Shown here: positions 29,523 to 37,858 of the stretch, piece after piece
Numbering within the stretch: position 1 is the first letter of the stretch
How the letters are laid out: every line of letters begins with the position of its first letter
Source: an uncultured Clostridia bacterium
GTDB taxonomy: Bacteria; Bacillota; Clostridia; TANB77; CAG-508
Assembly: GCA_934122115.1 (NCBI GenBank)
Contig: CAKOVU010000001.1
Span: forward strand, 23,755 to 87,754
Length of the DNA stretch: 64,000 nucleotides
Reading direction: 5' to 3'
Notes under the pieces: generated by a model
The model's input: the letters and a program-made list of their open reading frames with translations, nothing else
What the model was told of the DNA's origin: nothing
Databases searched by the model: none
Program-made: the position numbers and the translations under genes

Positions 29523-29843
29523 TCATAATTTAAACGCGACCTTCATCATTTTCCTGAATTTATACAGGGAAATGAATTCGATTTGCTCAATATTATCTAT
29601 TGTGCAATCGCTATGCCTTTGAAGCAGTTCTTTGACTGGATAGAGACGTTTTATCCCATCCAGTTCATAAATGGCATTCATAATGTCATAGGAAGTTTCA
29701 TCTTTGAAACATTTCCGTGTGACTTCTTGTACCTTACTGCATGCAAAACAATAGTTCTTGTTTCGCAAAGCAGCGTTGCAAAGAAATTCCAAAGAACGAA
29801 TTATCTCTGCTTTTTGGTTGTTGTCGTTAATGATTGTAATCAT
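29523..29843 (-). CDS. hypothetical small Cys-rich protein (C-x8-C-x2-C), locally GC-enriched
   Basis: MITIINDNNQKAEIIRSLEFLCNAALRNKNYCFACSKVQEVTRKC; RBS GAAAGGTGG 8 nt upstream of the ATG at 29843. Confidence 0.5.
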   Translation of the reverse strand: MITIINDNNQKAEIIRSLEFLCNAALRNKNYCFACSKVQEVTRKCFKDETSYDIMNAIYELDGIKRLYPVKELLQRHSDCTIDNIEQIEFISLYKFRKMMKVAFKL

Positions 29844-29969
29844 CAACAATACCACCTTTCTAAAAATGATACTATATATTGTATCACAAAACTAAAAAAA
29901 TTGCAAAATCTCTTGTTTAAAGGAAAAATAGAGTATATAATATGTAAAGTAAGAAGAAGGGAGTTTTCT

Positions 29970-30257
29970 ATGAAAGTAAGTAAAGAAGAATTGATGCATA
30001 TTGCAAAACTTGCAGATATAAAAATAAAAGATAATGAAATAGAAGATTATTTAAACAATTTACAGGATATATTAAATTTTGCAGAAGTTGTAAATAAAGC
30101 TCCAATAGAAAATATGGAAGAAACAATTGGTACAAACGAAAATTATAATGTTTTTAGAAAAGACGAAATTAAAGAATTTGAAAATCATGAAGGGCTTTTA
30201 CAAAATGCACCAGAAGCGGAAAGAGGAATGTTTAAAATTCCTAAAGTATTAAATTAA
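29970..30257 (+). CDS. gatC: Asp/Glu-tRNA(Asn/Gln) amidotransferase subunit C
   Basis: MKVSKEELMHIAKLADIKIKDNEIEDYLNNLQDILNFAEVV. The 224-aa track ORF is an upstream read-through extension. Confidence 0.85.
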   Translation: MKVSKEELMHIAKLADIKIKDNEIEDYLNNLQDILNFAEVVNKAPIENMEETIGTNENYNVFRKDEIKEFENHEGLLQNAPEAERGMFKIPKVLN

Positions 30258-30278
30258 TTTTATAAGAGGGAGAAAAAT

Positions 30279-31745
30279 ATGGATATAACTGAATTTACAG
30301 TACACGAACTTTTAGAAAAGTTGAATAATGATGCATTAACATCAAAAGAAATTGTAAAAGCATATAAATCTAGAATAGAAGAAAAGGAAAAAGATGTACA
30401 AGCATTTATAACAACAACATTGGATGAAGCAGAAGAACAAGCAGAAAAAATAGATGCAAAAAGAAAAGAAAAAAGTGTAGGACCTTTTGCGGGAGTACCA
30501 ATAGGAATAAAGGATAATCTTTGCACAAAAGGGGTAAAAACTACATGCGCATCAAAAATGCTAGAAAATTTTGTTTCACCATATGATGCTACAGTTGTAG
30601 AAAAATTAGAGGAAAGTGGGATTATTAGCTTAGGCAAATTAAACATGGATGAATTTGCTATGGGAAGCTCTACAGAAAATTCTGCAATGCAAATTACACA
30701 CAATCCTTGGAACTTAAATAAGGTTCCAGGAGGATCTTCAGGAGGCTCTGCAGCTGCAGTAGCAGCAAATTTAGTCCCTTGGGCGCTAGGTTCAGATACA
30801 GGCGGTTCAATACGTGAACCTGCTTCATTTTGCGGAGTTGTAGGTTTAAAGCCAACCTATGGATTAGTATCAAGATATGGTTTAGTTGCATTTGCTTCAT
30901 CACTTGATCAAGTTGGACCTATTACAAAAGATGTAAGAGATTGTGCTATGTTGTTAAATTTGATAGCAGGACACGATGAAAAAGATTCAACATCGTATGA
31001 TATAGAAAAGAAAGACTATACAAAGTCATTAGAAAAAGATATAAAAGGTTTGAAAATAGGAGTTCCTAAGGAATTTTTTGGAGAAGGAATTAATAAAGAA
31101 GTAAAAGAAAAATTAGAAGAAGCAATAGAAAAGTATAAAGAAATGGGAGCTATTGTAGAAGAATGTTCTTTAGATGTTGCACAATATGCTTTAGCTACAT
31201 ATTATATAATTGCTTGTGCTGAAGCAAGCTCAAACCTAGGAAGATTTGATGGAATAAGATATGGGTATAGAGCTAAAGATTATACAGATTTAAACGAATT
31301 GTTTGTTAATTCTAGAAGTGAAGCTTTTGGAGACGAAGTAAAAAGAAGAATAATACTTGGAACATACGTATTATCATCAGGATATTATGATGCATACTAT
31401 AAAAAGGCCCAAAAAGTACGTACTTTTGTAAAGAAAGAATTTGACAAGAATTTTGCTAAATATGATGTATTATTAACTCCAGTTGCACCAACAACAGCTT
31501 TCAATATAGGAGAAAAATCAAACAATCCATTGGAAATGTATTTGGCAGATATTTGCACGGTATCAATTAATATAGCAGGTGTACCAGCAATATCTATACC
31601 ATGTGGAGTTGATAAAAGCGGAATGCCAATAGGAATGCAGCTTATAGGAAACAGATTTAATGAAGAAACAATATTAAATGCTGCATATGCTTTTGAACAA
31701 AAAGAGAAATTTAGAGAAAATTATAAACCAGAATTTATAAAATAA
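30279..31745 (+). CDS. gatA: Asp/Glu-tRNA amidotransferase subunit A
   Basis: Amidase signature [13 protein letters not shown]; 488 aa. Confidence 0.9.
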   Translation: MDITEFTVHELLEKLNNDALTSKEIVKAYKSRIEEKEKDVQAFITTTLDEAEEQAEKIDAKRKEKSVGPFAGVPIGIKDNLCTKGVKTTCASKMLENFVSPYDATVVEKLEESGIISLGKLNMDEFAMGSSTENSAMQITHNPWNLNKVPGGSSGGSAAAVAANLVPWALGSDTGGSIREPASFCGVVGLKPTYGLVSRYGLVAFASSLDQVGPITKDVRDCAMLLNLIAGHDEKDSTSYDIEKKDYTKSLEKDIKGLKIGVPKEFFGEGINKEVKEKLEEAIEKYKEMGAIVEECSLDVAQYALATYYIIACAEASSNLGRFDGIRYGYRAKDYTDLNELFVNSRSEAFGDEVKRRIILGTYVLSSGYYDAYYKKAQKVRTFVKKEFDKNFAKYDVLLTPVAPTTAFNIGEKSNNPLEMYLADICTVSINIAGVPAISIPCGVDKSGMPIGMQLIGNRFNEETILNAAYAFEQKEKFRENYKPEFIK

Positions 31746-31776
31746 AAACTAAATAATTAATAAGGAAGGGAAAATA

Positions 31777-33228
31777 ATGCCAAGAGAAGATTATGAAGTA
31801 GTAATAGGACTTGAAGTCCATGCGGAGCTTTCTACTAAAACAAAAATATTTTGCAGTTGCTCTACAGAATTTGGTGCAGAGCCTAATGTTCATACTTGCC
31901 CAATTTGTATGGCTTTGCCGGGAACACTGCCAGTACTGAATGAAAAGGTAGTTGAATATGCTGTAAAGGCTGGATTGGCTACAAATTGTTCTATAGAACG
32001 AAATAGCAAGAATGATAGAAAAAATTATTTCTATCCAGATTTACCAAAGTCTTATCAAATATCACAATTTGATAAACCTCTTTGCAATAATGGATATATA
32101 GAAATAGAAGATGATGAAGGCAATAACAAGAAAATAAGAATTCTAAGGATACATATAGAAGAAGATGCAGGAAAGTTAAACCACAATGAATTTAGTGGAG
32201 GAAGCTTAGTTGATTTAAACAGAGCAGGAGTACCATTAATAGAAATAGTATCAGAGCCAGATTTAAGATCTGCAAAAGAAGCGGATAAATATTTAAGAAA
32301 ATTAAAATCAACATTGGAATATATTGAAGTATCAGATTGTAAAATGCAAGAGGGCTCGTTTAGAGCTGATGTAAACGTTTCTATACATAAAAAAGGTGAA
32401 CCATTTGGAACGCGTACAGAAATGAAAAATATGAACTCGTTTAAATCTATATCTAGAGCTATCGAATACGAAATACAAAGGCAAGCAGAAGTATTAGATA
32501 ATGGTGGAATAATAGAGCAAGAAACACTAAGATGGGATGATGTATCTGGAAGAACTTTCTCGATGAGAAACAAAGAAGATGCGCAGGATTACAGATATTT
32601 CCCAGAGCCAGATTTGGTAGCAATTAGATTATCTGATGAGTATATAAATAATATTAAAGAAAATCTACCAGAATTACCAGAAAGCAGAAAAACAAGGTAC
32701 ATGGAAGAATACAAGCTATCTGAAAAAGATGCACGATTACTTACTGCTTCTAAATATTTATCAAATTTATTTGAAGCAGCAGAGGAAATATGTAAAAATG
32801 CAAAAGCAGTTGCAAACTGGATACTATCAGATATTTCTCGTATTTTAAATGAGGAAGAAATAGAGCCGGAAAATATTCCATTCTCTGGTAAAGAATTAGC
32901 ACAACTAATTCAATTAATAGATAAGGGCACAATTAGTTCTGCAATAGGAAAAAAAGTATTGGAAGAATTATTTAAATGTGCTAAAGATGAAATGAAAATG
33001 CCAGAAGAGATAATTAAAGAAAATGGATGGATTCAAATTTCAGATGAATCAGCAATAAAAGAAGTTGTAATGAAAATATTAAACGAAAATCCTCAATCAA
33101 TAGCTGATTACAAAGCTGGAAAAGATAGAGCTTTAGGATTTTTAGTAGGACAAGCAATGAAGCAAACAAAAGGAAAAGCAAATCCACAAATGCTTAACAA
33201 AATGTTTATAGAAGAATTAAAAAAATAG
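31777..33228 (+). CDS. gatB: Asp/Glu-tRNA amidotransferase subunit B
   Basis: MPREDYEVVIGLEVHAELSTKTKIFC; 483 aa. Confidence 0.9.
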   Translation: MPREDYEVVIGLEVHAELSTKTKIFCSCSTEFGAEPNVHTCPICMALPGTLPVLNEKVVEYAVKAGLATNCSIERNSKNDRKNYFYPDLPKSYQISQFDKPLCNNGYIEIEDDEGNNKKIRILRIHIEEDAGKLNHNEFSGGSLVDLNRAGVPLIEIVSEPDLRSAKEADKYLRKLKSTLEYIEVSDCKMQEGSFRADVNVSIHKKGEPFGTRTEMKNMNSFKSISRAIEYEIQRQAEVLDNGGIIEQETLRWDDVSGRTFSMRNKEDAQDYRYFPEPDLVAIRLSDEYINNIKENLPELPESRKTRYMEEYKLSEKDARLLTASKYLSNLFEAAEEICKNAKAVANWILSDISRILNEEEIEPENIPFSGKELAQLIQLIDKGTISSAIGKKVLEELFKCAKDEMKMPEEIIKENGWIQISDESAIKEVVMKILNENPQSIADYKAGKDRALGFLVGQAMKQTKGKANPQMLNKMFIEELKK

Positions 33229-33317
33229 TTGGTAAAGAGAAATCTTTATCAACTTTTTTATGAAAAAATATCCACTATAAAAGTGGATATTAAAAATAAA
33301 AAACTGTGCACAATTTT

Positions 33318-33584
33318 TTATTTTGCAATTGAATTTAACTTCTTAGATAATGAAGATTTTTTTCTAGATGCTGTATTTTTTACTAAAACTCCTTTAGTAC
33401 AAGCTTGATCTATCTTTTTTGTTGCAGCAGAGAATAATACTTTTGCTTCTTCTACATTTCCAGCTTCAACAGCTTGTTCAAACTTCTTAACAGCTGATTT
33501 ATATCCAGACTTAATCATATTATTTTGAGCAGTTTTCTTTTCAATTACACTAACACGTTTAATTGCTGATTTGATATTTGGCAT
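33318..33584 (-). CDS. rpsT: 30S ribosomal protein S20
   Basis: MPNIKSAIKRVSVIEKK...; RBS AAGGGAGGTG. Confidence 0.85.
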   Translation of the reverse strand: MPNIKSAIKRVSVIEKKTAQNNMIKSGYKSAVKKFEQAVEAGNVEEAKVLFSAATKKIDQACTKGVLVKNTASRKKSSLSKKLNSIAK

Positions 33585-33735
33585 TATTTGCACCTCCCTT
33601 TGCATCTCTGTAATTATAACGTATACTATTGTAACACGAAATAACTAACTTTGCAAGACACAAGAGACATTTTTATTTACAAATAACAGGAATAAGTATA
33701 TAATTTTAAAAAAATATATAAAAGGAATATCAAAT

Positions 33736-34338
33736 ATGGAAAAAATAGGGTTCTTTGGAGGCAGTTTTAATCCGCCAACAAATGCGCATTTAGAAATTGC
33801 GAAAACAGCATTAGAAGAAATGGAATTAGATAAAGTATATTTCGTACCTATGGGAAATACTTATAAAAAGCCAGGATTAATAGATGAAAAATTAAGATAT
33901 GAAATGTTGCAAATAGCTTGCGCTAAAAATGAAAAAATAGATGTAGAGAATATAGAATTAAACTTAACTAAATCCCTAACTACAATAGAAGCATTTAAGA
34001 GAATAGAAAGCAAATATTCTAAAACTCAGAATTATTATATAATGGGAGCAGATAATTTTTTGAAATTACCTAATTGGCAAGATGCTGAAGAGCTAATTAC
34101 TAATTATAAACTAATAGTATTTGCAAGAAAAGGAGAGGAATTATCAGATTTGATAAATAACAATAAGCTAATAAATAGCCATTTAACAAATATTAATTTG
34201 TTGAAAATAGAAAATAATATTAGTTGTAGTTCAGGAATAATTAGAGATTTAATAAAAGAAGGCAAAAATGAAATTGCTAAAAAGTATACAGAAGAGAGAA
34301 TTGTAGAATTTATTAATAAAAACAAACTTTACAATTAA
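33736..34338 (+). CDS. nadD: nicotinate-nucleotide adenylyltransferase
   Basis: GFFGGSFNPPTNAHL (HxGH-type) motif. Confidence 0.85.
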   Translation: MEKIGFFGGSFNPPTNAHLEIAKTALEEMELDKVYFVPMGNTYKKPGLIDEKLRYEMLQIACAKNEKIDVENIELNLTKSLTTIEAFKRIESKYSKTQNYYIMGADNFLKLPNWQDAEELITNYKLIVFARKGEELSDLINNNKLINSHLTNINLLKIENNISCSSGIIRDLIKEGKNEIAKKYTEERIVEFINKNKLYN

Positions 34339-34428
34339 TTCATGAAAAATACTTGAAAAAGCCAAATAAAACATATATAATAGGCTCACAAACAATACAT
34401 ATAGATAAGATTGAAAGGAGCGATTTTT

Positions 34429-34962
34429 ATGAACATAAAAATAACAGAAAGGGAACTAAAGGCAACAGAATCAATAAAAGATTATATCGAAACAAAAGCT
34501 GAAAGATTACAAAAATACTTTGATACAGATGAAATAGATTTATTTGTAACAATAAAAAAAGAAGGAGAAGATCAAATCGCAGAAATGCAAATAACAGTAT
34601 ATGGTGAAGTATTAAGAGCTGTTTCTGCAAGCAAAGATTTGTATGCTTCAATAGATAAAGATATAGACATAGTAGAAGGTCAAATAAGAAAAATAAAAAC
34701 TAAAAAAGATAAGCAAAATATGACTGACTCAATCAGAGTGAAAGACGAGATGAGAGGTCAAGAACATGAAATTGAAAATGAAATAGTAAAAACTATGTAT
34801 TATTCAATTAAACCTACAACGGCAGAAGATGCTAAACTATTATTAGAAGAAAAACCACAAAATAGATTTTTAGCATTTATAAATGTTGAAACAGGAAAAG
34901 TTAATGTAATCTATAAATTAAATGACAATAAAAACTATGGTTTAATAGAACCAGAAGCATAA
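34429..34962 (+). CDS. hpf: ribosome hibernation promoting factor (long HPF/YvyD type)
   Basis: MNIKITERELKATESIKDYIETKAERLQKYF; RBS AAAGGAG. Confidence 0.85.
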   Translation: MNIKITERELKATESIKDYIETKAERLQKYFDTDEIDLFVTIKKEGEDQIAEMQITVYGEVLRAVSASKDLYASIDKDIDIVEGQIRKIKTKKDKQNMTDSIRVKDEMRGQEHEIENEIVKTMYYSIKPTTAEDAKLLLEEKPQNRFLAFINVETGKVNVIYKLNDNKNYGLIEPEA

Positions 34963-35087
34963 AATAACAAAAAGAAAAGATTTGTAAAGTTTTTTCTTTT
35001 TTATGTATATAAATTAGTATAAAAAAACTTGCAATCAATAAAACATATTGTTATAATAAAAATGAATTAAAAAGCGTAAAAATGATC

Positions 35088-35104
35088 ACTTAATTTCATT
35101 AAGT
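35088..35104. promoter_or_regulatory. perfect palindrome ACTTAAT-ttc-ATTAAGT in the 410-nt intergenic region
   Basis: Seen directly; it shares the ACTTAA half-site with the palindrome at 35286-35310. Confidence 0.3.
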
Positions 35105-35285
35105 TATATACTTAACGAACAATTTTATGTAAAAATTATATCAATAAAAGTTTGAATTTTCAAGCAGAAAACAGAAAAAATTGTTTAAGAAAATAGTAAT
35201 AAATAAAAAACACTTTTAAAGAAGTGCAAAATCTCTAAAAAGCAGTTATACCAACTATTGTATAAATATTTTTTCAAAAAATTTT

Positions 35286-35310
35286 TTTCCTTAAGTATAT
35301 AACTTAAGGA
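35286..35310. promoter_or_regulatory. palindrome TTCCTTAAGT-atata-ACTTAAGGAA ~65 nt upstream of the 35374 gene; candidate operator
   Basis: Perfect 10-bp arms around an ATATA centre. Confidence 0.35.
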
Positions 35311-35373
35311 AGTTGGAAAAGATAATAAAAAGAGAGTAATACCAAAGAAAATAAAGAAAGGAAGTCTAATATA

Positions 35374-37029
35374 GTGAAAAGATTAGATATTAAATTCAAG
35401 AGTAAAGAAATAAATATAAAAAAAGAAAAAGGAATAACATTAGTTGCTTTAGTAGTTACAATAGTTGTATTGCTGTTATTAGCAGGAATAAGTTTAAATT
35501 TAGTAATAGGAAATGAAGGAATATTAACAAGAAGTAAAGAAAGCAAAACCAAAACACAACTAGCAGAAGTAAAAGAAAAAGCACAATTAGATATAACAGA
35601 GGTGCAAACAATAAATGCAGGAAAAATAACATATGGAGAATTAAAAAGCATATTAGAAAAATATGGAACAGTGGAATATGAGGAAGATGGGAAAACAATA
35701 AAGGGAGTAAAAACAACAGATGGTTATGAGATAGGAATAAACGAAATATACACAAATAAAGAAAATTGGCCAACATATACCACAGTAGCAAATGCACCAG
35801 ATATAAGTGGATTTAATAAGAGTAATAGTTATTTTGTAACATGGAATACCGAAAATAGCCCATATGAAATAAAAGAAGAAATAAGATTAGATGATATACC
35901 ACCAAGTGAATGGTATGATTATACGGCAAGTGAAAAAAGATGGGCGAATGTAAAAACAATAGGAGGAGGCAATGATTGTTATTGGGTATGGATACCAAGA
36001 TACGCATATCAAGTACCAACAAGAAGTAGCACAGCAACAACAATACAAATAAAATTTCTAGAAGGAAAAAGTAATAAACCAATAGGCGAAACAGAAGAAA
36101 TAACAAATACAACACCAACCCCAGGAAGCTGGGTAGTGCATCCAGCGTTTACAAATGCAGGAAATGGAGGCTTTGGAGAGTTAAGCGGAATATGGGTTGC
36201 GAAATATGAAGCAAGTAGTAATAGCACAATAGTAGTAGAAAACCCAAGTGAAGACCAATTAGCCAATTATGGAAGAAGTGGTGGAAGTAATACAAGTTTT
36301 AAAGTGAGAGTAAAACCAAATGTAACAAGTTGGAGAGGAACTACTGTGGGAGATATATTTACAGTATGTAGAAATATAACAACAGCAGGAAACTCATTAG
36401 AAGGAACAACCAATATAGATTCACATATGATGAAAAATACAGAATGGGGAGCAGTAGCATATTTAAGTAGAAGCCAATATGGAAAAAATAGCGCAGTATA
36501 TAACAATCCATATTGGAACAACAAGGATTACAATGGAACGATTTATTATTCATCAATAACAGGATTATGTGGAAAGAGCCAAAACTATTTAACAACAGCA
36601 TATAATGATCCAAATGTCTATAAATACAATACAACAGAAGGAAAAAATGCAAGTACAACAGGAAATGTATATGGAGTATACGATATGGCAGGAGGAGCAT
36701 GGGAATATGTAGCAGCAGTATTAAGTAGCAAAAAATCAAGTGGAAACTATTATAATTTTACAAATATAGATACAAAATATTATGAAAGTTATGATAGCTA
36801 TGATAACAGCAAATATGGAGATGCGGTATATGAAACATCAACAAATTCAGAAGGAGGCAACAGCTGGGATAACAACCACTCGTGCTTCGTCCTTGAGTCG
36901 TACCCTGTGTTCTTACGTGGTGGTCATGCTTTCTCTGGTGGCAATGCAGGTGTATTTGCGTTCACCTGTGATTACGGTGGTATCAATGCCGGCGACAGTT
37001 TCCGTCCGTGTCTAGTTAGTCCACAGTAG
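35374..37029 (+). CDS. membrane-anchored protein with prepilin-like N-terminus (KG-ITLVALVV) and a C-terminal FGE-sulfatase/SUMF1-like domain
   Basis: GTG start. The N-terminal 45 aa have a basic leader then a G-ITLV hydrophobic helix, with no Glu at +5. C-terminus has GVYDMAGGAWEYV, FLRGGHAFSGG and GDSFRPCLV, resembling the conserved FGE-domain motifs (YDMxGNVWEW, RGGSW, GFRC). Confidence 0.5.
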   Translation: MKRLDIKFKSKEINIKKEKGITLVALVVTIVVLLLLAGISLNLVIGNEGILTRSKESKTKTQLAEVKEKAQLDITEVQTINAGKITYGELKSILEKYGTVEYEEDGKTIKGVKTTDGYEIGINEIYTNKENWPTYTTVANAPDISGFNKSNSYFVTWNTENSPYEIKEEIRLDDIPPSEWYDYTASEKRWANVKTIGGGNDCYWVWIPRYAYQVPTRSSTATTIQIKFLEGKSNKPIGETEEITNTTPTPGSWVVHPAFTNAGNGGFGELSGIWVAKYEASSNSTIVVENPSEDQLANYGRSGGSNTSFKVRVKPNVTSWRGTTVGDIFTVCRNITTAGNSLEGTTNIDSHMMKNTEWGAVAYLSRSQYGKNSAVYNNPYWNNKDYNGTIYYSSITGLCGKSQNYLTTAYNDPNVYKYNTTEGKNASTTGNVYGVYDMAGGAWEYVAAVLSSKKSSGNYYNFTNIDTKYYESYDSYDNSKYGDAVYETSTNSEGGNSWDNNHSCFVLESYPVFLRGGHAFSGGNAGVFAFTCDYGGINAGDSFRPCLVSPQ

Positions 37030-37065
37030 TGGAGAAAAAGTCAAAAATTTTTGTTAAAATAAAAA

Positions 37066-37106
37066 ATGTGTAATTTAAAAATAGGCTTTTTGAATTACAC
37101 ATTTTT
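37066..37106 (+). terminator. long hairpin GTGTAATTTAAAAA-taggc-TTTTTGAATTACAC followed by ATTTTT
   Basis: 14-bp stem with one mismatch downstream of the 35374..37029 gene. Confidence 0.55.
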
Positions 37107-37172
37107 AGTATATAAAACAAAAAGAATGTAGAAAAATGGAATACGAAAAGAGAAAAAAAGAAGTTACATGTA

Positions 37173-37200
37173 TTGACTATACTCATAAAAATTATATAAT
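37173..37200 (+). promoter_or_regulatory. sigma-A-like promoter TTGACT-16-TATAAT upstream of the sortase/adhesin operon
   Basis: TTGACT 37173-37178, TATAAT 37195-37200. Confidence 0.45.
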
Positions 37201-37311
37201 AAAAAAGAATTTTAATCATATTTAATATCTAATAAATTAGAGCTCATATTTATTTTGATTCTAAAAAATTTCCAAAATTAAAAACAAAAATAAAACAAGA
37301 AAGGAGAAAAT

Positions 37312-37842
37312 GTGAATAAAAAGATAATAATATTGCCAATTATTGCGTCAATAATTGTGGCAGTAGTTTGTTTTTGCACGTATGAGAAACCAGAAAATAC
37401 AGAGAAAGTGGAAAACATTGTGTATGAAAATTTAGAAGAAGGTGGAGAAGAATATCCAGAAGAAGAGTTAATAGGAAGAATACGAATAGACAAAATAAAT
37501 TTAGAAGCGCCAATAAAAGAAGGAAGTGATCAAGAAGTTTTAAAATCATATGTAGGACACATAGAAGATACTGCAATATATGATGGAAATGTATGTCTTG
37601 CAGCACATAATAGAGGAAATGAATATTCATATTTTGCAAGATTAAACGAATTAGAAAAAGGTGATGAGATAGTATATGAAAATATATATGGAATAAAAAA
37701 ATACAGGGTGGAAACGAGTCAAGAAATATTAGAAACAGATTGGAGTTTGTTAGAAAATTCAAGCCAGAATAAGATAACATTAATAACGTGTATTGCAAAT
37801 AGGCCTAATCAAAGGCTTTGTGTACAAGCTGTAGAAATTTAA
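37312..37842 (+). CDS. sortase (short, 176 aa; class B-like)
   Basis: N-terminal TM, LAAHN (His), TLITC (catalytic Cys), NRLCVQAVE (Arg); GTG start after AAAGGAGA. Confidence 0.75.
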   Translation: MNKKIIILPIIASIIVAVVCFCTYEKPENTEKVENIVYENLEEGGEEYPEEELIGRIRIDKINLEAPIKEGSDQEVLKSYVGHIEDTAIYDGNVCLAAHNRGNEYSYFARLNELEKGDEIVYENIYGIKKYRVETSQEILETDWSLLENSSQNKITLITCIANRPNQRLCVQAVEI

Positions 37843-37858
37843 AAAGGAGGGCAGAGTA

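Noticed and set aside
29583-30257. 224-aa plus-strand ORF in the track covering the gatC region
   Set aside because: Only the last ~95 codons (from ATG 29970, RBS AGAAGAAGGGAG) correspond to GatC. The upstream part runs antisense through the minus-strand 29523..29843 gene and has no RBS.
35304-36739. Leu/Phe-rich minus-strand ORFs (for example 35456-35797, 35813-36118, 36359-36739) overlapping the pilin-like gene
   Set aside because: They are low-complexity antisense shadows of an A-rich coding strand. They have no RBS and no homology, and the plus-strand ORF has clear domain content.
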